Shown here piece after piece: positions 8,502 through 16,888 of a stretch of DNA of 40,812 nucleotides. Source of the stretch: Candidatus Saccharimonadota bacterium (lineage in GTDB: Bacteria > Patescibacteriota > Doudnabacteria > UBA920 > O2-02-FULL-48-8); the NCBI GenBank assembly GCA_050259015.1, contig JBLMZV010000050.1, positions 1 to 40,812 of the forward strand, written 5' to 3'. The first letter of the stretch is position 1. Each line of letters starts with the position of its first letter. The position numbers were made by a program, and so were the translations under genes. Below the pieces are notes generated by a model. It was not told where the DNA came from. It did not search any database and saw only the letters and a list, made by a program, of their open reading frames with translations.

Positions 8502-8577
8502 GGGTGCATAGCTCAGCGGTTAGAGCACGACTCTTATAAAGTCGGGGTCGATGGTTCAAATCCATCTGCACCCACCA
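8502..8577 (+). tRNA. tRNA-Ile with anticodon UAU; CCA end is encoded
   Basis: Manual cloverleaf: acceptor GGGTGCA/TGCACCC, D arm GCTC..GAGC, anticodon stem CGACT/AGTCG, loop CTTATAA (positions 34-36 = TAT), T arm GATGG-TTCAAAT-CCATC, then ACCA. Confidence 0.85.
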
Positions 8578-8708
8578 GGAAAAGTTGAGCATCCTTCATT
8601 GACGGGGTGTTTTTTTGTTGCTTTTTTGCCCCCGTTTGTGGGGTTGGCAAGGAGCCCGTAATGTGCTATTTTATTACGACGGCCTTTTCAAAAACCCCGA
8701 GGAGGAAT

Positions 8709-9779
8709 ATGTTACCCAGCGACCGTTTCGTGGTGTACGGCACTACCTGCAACCACAGCTTCGATCAGCGGGTTTTGGAGCTGACAAATGGCGTCCTTTC
8801 GGCGAATCTGACGTTCAGCCACATCAACCACACTACGTTCCCGGATGGCGAACCCGGATTCAAGATCCGCAAACCGGAAAAGATCCGCGGCCGCCACGCT
8901 GTGCTGTTCGCCTGCCCGGTGACCTATAAGGTCAGGGCGCAGATGAAGGACATCATCGCGGCTTGCAGCTGCCAGTACGGCGCCAGGTCCCTGCTCCTGG
9001 TCCTGAGTTTCCTCTGTTTCCGCAGGCAGGACAGGCTGAACGAACACGAGATTACCCGGCTGCGTTGGTTCATGCGGGACTTGAAGCACTGGGGCGTCGA
9101 CCGGGTGGTGGTCTGCGAGCCGCATTCCGAGGAGCATGCTCGAGCTTATGCCGACGAATTCGGGGTGGAGCTTCTGTCCGCGGATCCCACGCGCGACTTC
9201 GCCGACGCCGTCGGGGGAGTGATCGCGACGTTGGGCCGGCAGAACGTGGTGTTCTATTCCCCGGATTTCGGATCGATCAAGCGGGCCGCCCGCCTGGCCA
9301 AGCACTTCGGCTGCCCGATCGTGGCCACCCCTAAAGTCAGGGCGCATGGCAGCGAGATTGAGATCGACCGTCTGGACGCCGACGCGTTCATGGCGAAGGT
9401 CAGGGAGGCCTACAGCGGCGAGATCGAAGTCATCCCCGACGTCGAACAGGTGGCGGGCAAGCACGTGTTCATGCGGGAAGATGAGGTGTCCACGGCCAGA
9501 ACGTCGGCCAGCACCGCCGTGCGGCTCAAGAACAAGAAGGCCGCCTCGGTCCGTCTGGTCGCCACGCATCCGGTCTGCTCCCCCGGCTGGCGGGAGTATC
9601 TGTTTCCGGAAGGCAAGCCGTATCCGTTCGACCAGGTTTGGCTCGGCGATACGAGGCCCCGCGGCCGGGACGACGAGTCGGAGTATGAAGGATCCACCGG
9701 CGGGGAGGTGAAGGTGGTTTCCATGGCCCCGGTTATGGCCCGGGCGCTCAAGGAAGCCCTGGAGCGGATCGTCGATTGA
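8709..9779 (+). CDS. Divergent ribose-phosphate pyrophosphokinase (Prs)-like protein
   Basis: By eye it aligns with Prs: FPDGEPGFKI (FSDGE), FRRQDR (ARQDR), VVVCEPHS (DLH), VVFYSPDFGSIKRAARLA. The ribose-5-P loop is altered: EDEVSTART in place of DDxxDTxGT. GGAGG RBS before the ATG at 8709. Confidence 0.7.
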   Translation: MLPSDRFVVYGTTCNHSFDQRVLELTNGVLSANLTFSHINHTTFPDGEPGFKIRKPEKIRGRHAVLFACPVTYKVRAQMKDIIAACSCQYGARSLLLVLSFLCFRRQDRLNEHEITRLRWFMRDLKHWGVDRVVVCEPHSEEHARAYADEFGVELLSADPTRDFADAVGGVIATLGRQNVVFYSPDFGSIKRAARLAKHFGCPIVATPKVRAHGSEIEIDRLDADAFMAKVREAYSGEIEVIPDVEQVAGKHVFMREDEVSTARTSASTAVRLKNKKAASVRLVATHPVCSPGWREYLFPEGKPYPFDQVWLGDTRPRGRDDESEYEGSTGGEVKVVSMAPVMARALKEALERIVD

Positions 9780-9785
9780 AAGAGC

Positions 9786-9822
9786 AAGTCCCGTCTCAAA
9801 CGTTTGAGACGGGACTTTATAT
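9786..9822 (+). terminator. Strong terminator after the Prs-like gene
   Basis: 15-bp perfect stem AAGTCCCGTCTCAAA-cg-TTTGAGACGGGACTT followed by a T-rich tail. Confidence 0.75.
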
Positions 9823-9880
9823 TTGTCCGAATGTGGATAAGGGCCGCGGTTTAGCGGGAATGCCGCGGTATTGCGGGGGG

Positions 9881-9909
9881 TTGACATAAGGTGAACGTTC
9901 GTATACCAT
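9881..9909 (+). promoter_or_regulatory. Putative lexA promoter with an embedded 8-bp palindrome
   Basis: TTGACA (9881-9886), then TATACCAT 15-17 nt downstream. The palindrome GAACGTTC (9893-9900) sits in the spacer. Confidence 0.45.
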
Positions 9910-10001
9910 AACTTCTGGAAGGACAAAACCGAAGGCAGCGGGCCGTAAACGCCGCCTCTACGACCCGCTCCTTCGGATCTTCCCACCCTTAAGAAAGATT
10001 T

Positions 10002-10616
10002 ATGGACGAACTGACTCCCAAACAGAAAAAACTCCTGGAATTTCTGACTGAACAGATAACCGGCAACGGCTTGCCGCCCTCTATTTCGGAAGCGGCCGCC
10101 GCCCTGAAGGTGAAATCCAAGAACGCGGTTGCCAAACTCCTGTCGGCCCTGGAGAATAAGGGCTACATCCGCCGGACGGGGAAGGCGAGGGGGATCGAGG
10201 TCTTGAACCCGGAAGGCGAACCGCTAAGCAGAGGAGTGTTGAGCGTCCCTCTGGTGGGACGCATTACCGCGGGGTTGCCGATGCTTGCCGAAGAACAGGT
10301 TGAGGATTGGCTGAATTTGCCCGCCAGCCTGGTGCGGGGAAGAAAAGATGTTTTCCTGCTCCGCGTCCAGGGCCTGAGCATGAAGGATGCCGGAATTCTC
10401 GATAAGGACCTGGTGTTGGTGAAGCAGCAGAAGATCGCGGAGGTCAACGATATCGTAGTCGCCCTGCTTGATGACGAGGCTACGGTCAAACGTCTGGTAA
10501 AGAAAGGTTCGCAGTATTTTTTGAAAGCAGAAAATAAAGAGTACCCCAATATTTATCCTGAGCATGAATGGTCGATTCAGGGTAAGGTCATAGGAGTAAT
10601 CAGGAAACTGGAGTAA
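10002..10616 (+). CDS. lexA: LexA repressor (S24 self-cleaving)
   Basis: N-terminal winged HTH (LTPKQKKLLEFL...SISEAAAAL), cleavage-site region VPLVGRITAGLP, catalytic GLSM (Ser) and VKRL (Lys). Confidence 0.93.
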   Translation: MDELTPKQKKLLEFLTEQITGNGLPPSISEAAAALKVKSKNAVAKLLSALENKGYIRRTGKARGIEVLNPEGEPLSRGVLSVPLVGRITAGLPMLAEEQVEDWLNLPASLVRGRKDVFLLRVQGLSMKDAGILDKDLVLVKQQKIAEVNDIVVALLDDEATVKRLVKKGSQYFLKAENKEYPNIYPEHEWSIQGKVIGVIRKLE

Positions 10617-10617
10617 T

Positions 10618-10800
10618 ATGAGCGAATTTGAAAAGCAAAAAATTAGTATTGCGATGCAGATCAAAAATCTTTGCGCCCATTGCGCAAACGACCTGCCGCA
10701 CCACTGCCGGCTGCAGAACCTGGCCGACCAAATTCGCGAGCTTAACGGAGTGCCGCTAATCGTGAACGACAGGTTCAATGGGTTGCTTTTTACAAATTAA
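10618..10800 (+). CDS. Hypothetical 60-aa Cys/His-containing protein, start-coupled to lexA
   Basis: TAATATG junction with the lexA stop. Sequence contains CAHCANDLPHHC (CxxC-x5-HHC). No family recognised. Confidence 0.4.
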   Translation: MSEFEKQKISIAMQIKNLCAHCANDLPHHCRLQNLADQIRELNGVPLIVNDRFNGLLFTN

Positions 10801-10844
10801 GATCCCTCGTGTCCTGGCCCCGAAGGGCCGGGCACGTAAAATAT

Positions 10845-11087
10845 ATGCAGGAGTTTTCCGCTCCGCTGTTCTCGACTAAGGTCAGCAGCGGCCGTCGCAC
10901 CTTCTTCTTTGACGTCAAGGCAACCAAGGAAGACAAGCCGTTCCTTAAGATCACCGAATCCTCGGTGAAGGACGGCGAAAAAAAGCGCATCAACCTGATG
11001 GTCTTCGATTCCGAAATACCGGAATTCGTGGCAGCGCTTTCGCAGGCGGCGGATTTTGCCAGCCAGCACAACAAAGCCAATAGTTAA
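10845..11087 (+). CDS. PUR-alpha-like (DUF3276-type) ssDNA/RNA-binding protein
   Basis: 80 aa. SGRRTFFFDVKATKEDKPFLKITES matches the PUR repeat signature (RxFFFDVK...FLKIxE). Start set at the ATG at 10845. Confidence 0.55.
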   Translation: MQEFSAPLFSTKVSSGRRTFFFDVKATKEDKPFLKITESSVKDGEKKRINLMVFDSEIPEFVAALSQAADFASQHNKANS

Positions 11088-11091
11088 TACA

Positions 11092-11119
11092 AAGCCCCGC
11101 TTTTCACAGCGGGGTTTTT
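11092..11119 (+). terminator. Terminator of the lexA unit
   Basis: CCCCGC-ttttcaca-GCGGGG hairpin followed by TTTTT. Confidence 0.7.
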
Positions 11120-11135
11120 GTGGTTTCGAAAATCT

Positions 11136-12656
11136 ATGCTGAGTAAAGTTTACTCCGGGGCTCTGATCGGATTGTCCGCGGCCGTAATCGAAGTGGAGGT
11201 CGATATCTCATCCGGCCTGCCGGCCGTGATTGTGGTGGGGCTTCCGGATACCGCGGTGCAGGAAGCGAGAGAGCGGGTAAAATCAGCCATCAAGAATTCC
11301 AGCGCCATCTTTCCGCGCAACCGGGTGGCGATCAATCTGGCTCCTGCCGATATGCCGAAGGCCGGCAGTCATTACGACCTGCCGATCGCGATTTCGATCC
11401 TTTTGAATTCCGGACAAATCATTTTCGATCCGGCCAAGGTGCTGTTCGTGGGGGAGCTTGCGTTAGACGGCTCGATCCGTTCCGTCCCAGGGGTGCTGCC
11501 CATCCTCCTGATGGCCAAAGAGTACGGCTTCGAAAGGGTGTATATCCCTAAGGGGAACAGCCGGGAGGCCAGTCTGGTTTCCGGTCTTAAGGTGCTTCCT
11601 GTCGACAGCCTGATGGAAGTGATCGGTTCGGTTCAGGGGCTGCTGACGGTGGAGCCGGTACAGGGTATGGATTGGTCCGAGGTTTTGAAAGTCCCTGAGG
11701 CATCTTTTGACATGAAACTGATCAAGGGGCAGGAAACCGCGAAGAGGGCTTTGGAGATCGCGGCGGCCGGCGGACACAACCTGCTGCTTTCGGGGCCGCC
11801 GGGCACCGGCAAGACTTTGCTGGCCCGGACTTTGCCGTCGATATTGCCGCGGCTGACCGTGGAGGAAGTATTGGAGATAACCAAGATCTACAGCGTGGCG
11901 GGACTTTTGAATTTTAAGGAAAAGCTGGTGATAGAGCGGCCGTTCCGCAGCCCGCACCATACCACCTCGGGCGTGGCCTTGGTCGGCGGCGGCACTACGC
12001 CCCGTCCGGGCGAAATCTCCCTGGCTCATCGCGGCGTACTGTTTTTGGACGAGTTCCCGGAGTTTCCCCGGTCGGTATTGGAGAACCTGCGCCAGCCGCT
12101 GGAGGACGGTTTGGTCACGGTATCAAGGGCGGCGGGTACCGTGACTTTTCCGGCGCAGTTCAGCCTGGTCGCAGCGCAGAACCCCTGTCCCTGCGGGTAC
12201 TTCACCGATTCGACCCGTTCGTGCGTGTGCTCGCCTTCCCAGATCATGAAATACCAAAAAAAGATTTCGGGGCCGCTCCTGGACCGGATCGATCTGCACG
12301 TCGAGGTCGGGAGGGTGGAATACGAGAAGCTGTCGGGGGAAGGTTCCGGGGAGGATTCGACCACGATCCAGAAGCGGGTGCAGAAAGCCCGCGATATCCA
12401 GACCGAACGGTTTCAAGGCAACCTCAAGGTGAAGACGAATGCCGAGATGTCCATCCGGGAAATCCGGGAGTTCTGCCGCCTCGGCCCGGAGGAGCAGGCC
12501 TTCATGAAGGCGGCGGTGATCAAGATGTACTTATCGGCCCGGTCGTATCACCGGGTCTTGAAGCTTGCGCGGACCATCGCCGATCTCTCCGGTTCGGCGG
12601 ACCTTAAGATTGCGCATCTTGCCGAATCGCTGCAGTACCGGCCGAGGGTGGATTAG
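11136..12656 (+). CDS. comM: Mg-chelatase-like AAA+ protein ComM/YifB
   Basis: N-terminal Lon-protease-like domain (VEVDISSGLPAVIVVGLPDTAVQEARERV), Walker A GPPGTGKT, LFLDEFPEF, and a C-terminal ChlI-type domain. Confidence 0.9.
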   Translation: MLSKVYSGALIGLSAAVIEVEVDISSGLPAVIVVGLPDTAVQEARERVKSAIKNSSAIFPRNRVAINLAPADMPKAGSHYDLPIAISILLNSGQIIFDPAKVLFVGELALDGSIRSVPGVLPILLMAKEYGFERVYIPKGNSREASLVSGLKVLPVDSLMEVIGSVQGLLTVEPVQGMDWSEVLKVPEASFDMKLIKGQETAKRALEIAAAGGHNLLLSGPPGTGKTLLARTLPSILPRLTVEEVLEITKIYSVAGLLNFKEKLVIERPFRSPHHTTSGVALVGGGTTPRPGEISLAHRGVLFLDEFPEFPRSVLENLRQPLEDGLVTVSRAAGTVTFPAQFSLVAAQNPCPCGYFTDSTRSCVCSPSQIMKYQKKISGPLLDRIDLHVEVGRVEYEKLSGEGSGEDSTTIQKRVQKARDIQTERFQGNLKVKTNAEMSIREIREFCRLGPEEQAFMKAAVIKMYLSARSYHRVLKLARTIADLSGSADLKIAHLAESLQYRPRVD

Positions 12657-12681
12657 GACAAAAAAAGCATTGCGCTTTCCT

Positions 12682-12710
12682 TTGTCAGCGTTTCTAATAA
12701 GGCATATAAT
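12682..12710 (+). promoter_or_regulatory. Putative galU promoter
   Basis: TTGTCA, 17-nt spacer, TATAAT. Confidence 0.55.
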
Positions 12711-12734
12711 ATTGAAGCAAGTAATCAAGAATAT

Positions 12735-13640
12735 ATGCCAAAAGTGAGAAAAGCGGTCATCCCGGCGGCAGGCTACGGCACCAGATTTTTGCCCGCCACC
12801 AAAGCCCAACCGAAAGAGATGCTTCCGATCGTGGATAAGCCGATCATCCAGTACGTGGTGGAAGACGCGGTCAGCGCCGGCATCACCGACATAGTGATCG
12901 TCACCGGCTGGCAAAAAAGGAGCATCGAGGATCACTTCGATTATCCCTTCGAACTCGAAAAGAGGCTGGAAGAATCCGGCAAGTACGAGGAGCTCGAGGA
13001 GATCAGGCGCATCGCCAACCTCGCCAATTTTTATTACATCCGGCAAAAAGGGCCGCTCGGCAATGCGACTCCGATTTGGAACGCCCGGGACATCGTGGGC
13101 AACGAGCCTTTCTTGGTGCTGTGGGGAGACGAGTTCGTGGAAGCGGCTCCGACCCGTTCGCAGCAGCTCGTTGAGGCGTTCGAAAAACTCGGCGGCTACG
13201 CAACCCTGGCAAGCATGAAGATGAACAAGCCGGAAGACTATAAGCGTTACGGTTATGCCGCAGGCAAGGAGATCGAGCGGGGGGTGCTCAAGATCGAGGA
13301 AATCGTCGAGAAGCCCGGCGTGGGCATGATCGACTCCGACTATGCGATAATCGGGGGCGCGGTTTACGGACCGGAGATGTTCAATGCCATCGAGGAGGCG
13401 ATGCACCGGCAGGCTGCGGCCGACAACACTCCCAAGGAGCTGGTGTACGTGGATGCGGTAAAGATCCTGATGGAACAGGGGAAAGCCTGTTATGCGAAGG
13501 AGATTGAAGACGGAAAGTTCCACGATTGCGGCAACAAGCTCGACTATTTAAAGACCGTGGTGGAGTTCGGTCTCAAGCACGAAGATTTAAGCCGCGACTT
13601 CGCCGAGTTTCTCCGCAAGACCACTTCCGATTTGAAATAA
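12735..13640 (+). CDS. galU: UTP--glucose-1-phosphate uridylyltransferase
   Basis: VIPAAGYGTRFLPATKAQPKEMLPIVDKPIIQY is the canonical GalU N-terminus. Confidence 0.92.
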   Translation: MPKVRKAVIPAAGYGTRFLPATKAQPKEMLPIVDKPIIQYVVEDAVSAGITDIVIVTGWQKRSIEDHFDYPFELEKRLEESGKYEELEEIRRIANLANFYYIRQKGPLGNATPIWNARDIVGNEPFLVLWGDEFVEAAPTRSQQLVEAFEKLGGYATLASMKMNKPEDYKRYGYAAGKEIERGVLKIEEIVEKPGVGMIDSDYAIIGGAVYGPEMFNAIEEAMHRQAAADNTPKELVYVDAVKILMEQGKACYAKEIEDGKFHDCGNKLDYLKTVVEFGLKHEDLSRDFAEFLRKTTSDLK

Positions 13641-13660
13641 AAATAGGTTTATCGTATAAT
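13632..13660 (+). promoter_or_regulatory. Putative promoter of the solute-binding protein gene
   Basis: TTGAAA, 17-nt spacer, TATAAT. The -35 element abuts the galU stop codon. Confidence 0.5.
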
Positions 13661-13694
13661 AAACGCAAAAGAAAACTAACTTGCGAAACAAACA

Positions 13695-14996
13695 ATGAAA
13701 AAGTACCTCATCATTGGCGGCATTTTGGCTCTCCTTGTGATAGTCGTTTTGGCCGCTTTTTTGACGAAGAACCCGGACAACGGCCCGACGGGTAACGTGG
13801 AGCTGGTCTGGTGGAAGACGTTCGAGGATACCACGAACGTGGAAGAGATGATCAACGCTTACCAGACGGCGCATAAAGGCGTGACGATCAAGTACGTCAA
13901 AAAGGACGTGAACACCTACGAACAGGACCTGGTGAACGCCATCGCCTCCGGCAACGGCCCGGACATCTTTACCATCCACAACGATTGGCTGCCCAAGCAT
14001 ATGGACAAACTGAGTCCGGCCCCGGCGACATTGCTTACCGAGCGCCAATACCGGGACGCGTTTATAGACGTGGTGGGGGATGACTTCGTGAAAGACGGCA
14101 AGATCTACGCGATGCCGATGAGCCTGGACGTGCTGGCCCTCTATTACAACCGGGACATCCTAAATTCTGCGGGTATTTCGGAACCGCCGAAAACCTGGCC
14201 GGAACTGGTTTCGGACGTGCAAAAAATCACCCGGCAGGATACGAGCGGCGCCTTCAGCCGGTCGGGAGTCGCGCTGGGGACTTCCAGCAACGTCAACCGC
14301 GCGGTGGACATCCTGCTTTTGCTGATGCTGCAGAACGGCACACAATTCTATTCGCAAAACCTCCAGGCGGCCACCTTCGGCCAGACCCAGAACAGCCCGG
14401 ACAATCCCAACTTCAACCCGGGTGGGGCAGCACTGCAGTTCTACACCCAGTTCGCCAATCCGGGCAAGAAGACCTATACCTGGAACGCCCGGACGGATAA
14501 CAGCGTGGACGCGTTCAGCCAGGGCAAACTGGCGATGATGATCTCCTATTCATATATGGAACCCACGATCAAGGATAAGGCTCCGACCCTGAATTGGGGG
14601 GTGGCGCCCGTCCCGCAGGTGGACTCAACCGGTCTTAAAGTGAACTTCGCGAACTACTGGGGCGAGGGGGTTTCCAAGGCTTCCAGCAAGACCAAGCAGG
14701 CGGCGGCCTGGGATTTCCTCAAATATATGGTCCAGAAGGATACCTTGGCCAAGTACTATGCCAAGCATAAGCTGGTGGCGGTGCGTAAAGATATGCTCCC
14801 TGATCAGTATTCGGATCTGGATATCGGAGTGTTTGCGGAGAACGCCTTAACTGCCAGGAGCGTCTACAAGCCTGACTCCGGGGTGTTCGAAGGCGTGATG
14901 GGTAAGGCCATCGACGACGTAGTGCTCCGGAACATCGATCCGGAAGAGGCGATAAGAAATGCCGCGCAGCAGATCACCATGACATTGCGCAAATAA
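13695..14996 (+). CDS. Extracellular solute-binding protein (ABC family 1, sugar type), membrane-anchored and orphan
   Basis: N-terminal TM anchor and a typical SBP_bac_1 pattern (VELVWWKTFED, GNGPDIFTIHNDWLPKH, YAMPMSLDVLALYYNRD). No permease or ATPase gene is adjacent. Confidence 0.85.
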   Translation: MKKYLIIGGILALLVIVVLAAFLTKNPDNGPTGNVELVWWKTFEDTTNVEEMINAYQTAHKGVTIKYVKKDVNTYEQDLVNAIASGNGPDIFTIHNDWLPKHMDKLSPAPATLLTERQYRDAFIDVVGDDFVKDGKIYAMPMSLDVLALYYNRDILNSAGISEPPKTWPELVSDVQKITRQDTSGAFSRSGVALGTSSNVNRAVDILLLLMLQNGTQFYSQNLQAATFGQTQNSPDNPNFNPGGAALQFYTQFANPGKKTYTWNARTDNSVDAFSQGKLAMMISYSYMEPTIKDKAPTLNWGVAPVPQVDSTGLKVNFANYWGEGVSKASSKTKQAAAWDFLKYMVQKDTLAKYYAKHKLVAVRKDMLPDQYSDLDIGVFAENALTARSVYKPDSGVFEGVMGKAIDDVVLRNIDPEEAIRNAAQQITMTLRK

Positions 14997-14997
14997 T

Positions 14998-15027
14998 TTG
15001 TCAGGGATAGGCGATTTGTGTTATAAT
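14998..15027 (+). promoter_or_regulatory. Putative promoter of the pilin array
   Basis: TTGTCA, 17-18 nt spacer, TATAAT (tgtgTTATAAT). Confidence 0.5.
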
Positions 15028-15044
15028 GTGGACAACTTAAATTT

Positions 15045-15437
15045 GTGACGAAACAAAAAACAACGGCAATTATAGGGGCAACTGCAAGCGGATTGCTTAT
15101 GGCTTATCCGGTTTTTGCTGCGCTTGTTACTTGCGGCGGACGGAATCAGACCGCGTGCACGTTAAGCGATATTTTCACCACTGTCGCCTTGGTCATCAGT
15201 TTCCTGCTGGGCGCGTCTTCCCTGGTGGCTATTCTGTTTATCGTAATAGGCGGGGTGCAGATGATTTTTTCCGGCGGCAATCCCAAGGCCATCGAAACCG
15301 GCAAACAGACCCTGTTTAACGCTATTTTGGGTCTGCTGATAGTGCTCGGTGCTTTCTTTATTATCAACCTCGTTTTGTCGCGGCTCTCTGGCGGCACGAT
15401 TAGCTTAACTAATATCGAGGGGTTTTTCGGAAACTAA
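15045..15437 (+). CDS. VirB2/TrbC-like mini-pilin paralog 1 (Pfam T4SS_pilin type, by eye)
   Basis: Signal/TM segment, hydrophobic helix, then the motif IGGVQMIFSGGNPKAIETGKQTLFNAILGLLIVLGAFFII (helix-loop-helix). GTG start; an alternative ATG lies at 15099. Confidence 0.7.
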   Translation: MTKQKTTAIIGATASGLLMAYPVFAALVTCGGRNQTACTLSDIFTTVALVISFLLGASSLVAILFIVIGGVQMIFSGGNPKAIETGKQTLFNAILGLLIVLGAFFIINLVLSRLSGGTISLTNIEGFFGN

Positions 15438-16081
15438 TGAAGTTGGATCCTCGTAAGTTCATACCGGTCATCATCCTTATCGCGCTGTTCGCGGTTCCGT
15501 TTTTGGCCGCAGCCCAAGCGCCCTGCTCTCAAGGCTATTCCGGAACCACCCTCTGCACCGCCCTCGGTGGTACCACTGATTATAAAGGGCTATTACAAAA
15601 GATTTTTACTTTCATAGCGGAAACGATCGGACTCGCTGCGATTGCGATGATGGTCTATAGCGGGGCGCGCATGATTACGGCCAACGGTAATCCTGATACG
15701 ATTAAGACTGCGAAGTCGGGATTTACCTGGGCGATAACCGGGTTCGTGATAGCGGTTTTGGCTTACGTGATTGTGGTCGCGATTGAGAATTTTATCGGCG
15801 TTACTAATATTGATGAAACGAGGAGGGCCCTCCAAAATCCTCTTGGCAACGAGAATTTAATGAGCTTTGCAGGAACTATTTTGAACGGCTTCGGCGCCAT
15901 CGTAGGAATCCTTGCTGTGCTCATGATCATCATAAACGGGTTCCGGTACGTCACTTCAGGGGGGAATGAGGACGCGGCTACCCAAGCCAAGTCCGGAATC
16001 CTCTGGTCTGTGGTCGGCTTGGTGGGAGTCGCTCTGGCATATGTCATCATTAAGGCAATCGGGAGTTTGCTCGGCTCATGA
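15437..16081 (+). CDS. Tandem two-module VirB2-like pilin, paralog 2
   Basis: Two copies of the module: YSGARMITANGNPDTIKTAKSGFTWAITGFVIAVLAYVIV and INGFRYVTSGGNEDAATQAKSGILWSVVGLVGVALAYVII. TAATG overlap with paralog 1. Confidence 0.75.
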   Translation: MKLDPRKFIPVIILIALFAVPFLAAAQAPCSQGYSGTTLCTALGGTTDYKGLLQKIFTFIAETIGLAAIAMMVYSGARMITANGNPDTIKTAKSGFTWAITGFVIAVLAYVIVVAIENFIGVTNIDETRRALQNPLGNENLMSFAGTILNGFGAIVGILAVLMIIINGFRYVTSGGNEDAATQAKSGILWSVVGLVGVALAYVIIKAIGSLLGS

Positions 16082-16437
16082 AAATCAACAAAAAACTTCT
16101 AGCGGTCGTGGTGCTTAACGGGTTATTCCTCGTCGGTTCAGCGGCTTTGGCTGTGAGCATACCGGACTTGGGTGGCGGCCTATTTACACAAGCGCCGGGC
16201 ACGACCTTCCCGCAGATCCTAAGGTGGGCGATCAACCTGGTATTGAGCATTGTCGGCCTGGTCTCCGTGGCGTTCCTGATTTACGGGGGATTCACCTATA
16301 TTACGTCGGGCGGCAACGAGGATAACGCGGAACGTGGCAAGAAAGCGGTAACAAATGCTATAATAGGATTGGTGGTAGTTATCCTCTCCGGCGTTATCGT
16401 CAACGTGGTGATCAATGCCTTAAACGGCCGCGCCTAA
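16078..16437 (+). CDS. VirB2-like mini-pilin paralog 3
   Basis: Signal peptide, then IYGGFTYITSGGNEDNAERGKKAVTNAIIGLVVVILSGVIV. ATGA overlap with paralog 2. Confidence 0.8.
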   Translation: MKINKKLLAVVVLNGLFLVGSAALAVSIPDLGGGLFTQAPGTTFPQILRWAINLVLSIVGLVSVAFLIYGGFTYITSGGNEDNAERGKKAVTNAIIGLVVVILSGVIVNVVINALNGRA

Positions 16438-16500
16438 TGAAACCAAGCTTATAATTATTAAAAACCAAAAGGTCGATTAAAATATTAAGAAAGGAAAGTT

Positions 16501-16875
16501 ATGAAAATTACAAAACTGACACAAATTCTCTCGGTCGTGATGGGCTTCGTGATGCTGGCTGTTCCGTTCTTTGCCGGCGCGCAGGGCCTGCGCATCCCTT
16601 CGGGCGGCAGCTTCGGCTTGCCGGACCAGGCGACTGCTTCTGACTTCATCATCTTCATCATCAACATCGCCTTGGCCATCGCCGGTTTGATTGCCGTGTT
16701 CTTCCTGATCATCGGCGGCTTCCGCTACATCACCGCGGCCGGGAACGAAGACTCCTCCGAACAGGCCAAGAAGATCATCTTGAATGCCATTATCGGTATC
16801 GTGGTGATCATCCTGTCGTTCGTGATCGTGAGAGTCATCTCCAACGCTCTGACTCGGGGCAGCGGCGGCGTGTAA
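16501..16875 (+). CDS. VirB2-like mini-pilin paralog 4
   Basis: Signal peptide ending in AGAQG, then IIGGFRYITAAGNEDSSEQAKKIILNAIIGIVVIILSFVIV. AAGGAAAG RBS. Confidence 0.8.
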   Translation: MKITKLTQILSVVMGFVMLAVPFFAGAQGLRIPSGGSFGLPDQATASDFIIFIINIALAIAGLIAVFFLIIGGFRYITAAGNEDSSEQAKKIILNAIIGIVVIILSFVIVRVISNALTRGSGGV

Positions 16876-16888
16876 GACTATCATCAAT

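Noticed and set aside
13695-14996. The orphan solute-binding protein as part of a hidden ABC transporter operon, with the downstream small hydrophobic ORFs as permease fragments.
   Set aside because: The downstream ORFs have the two-helix VirB2-like module with a conserved GGN(E/D)D loop. They do not show the 6-TM permease architecture or an EAA loop, and no ATPase (Walker A or LSGGQ) gene follows.
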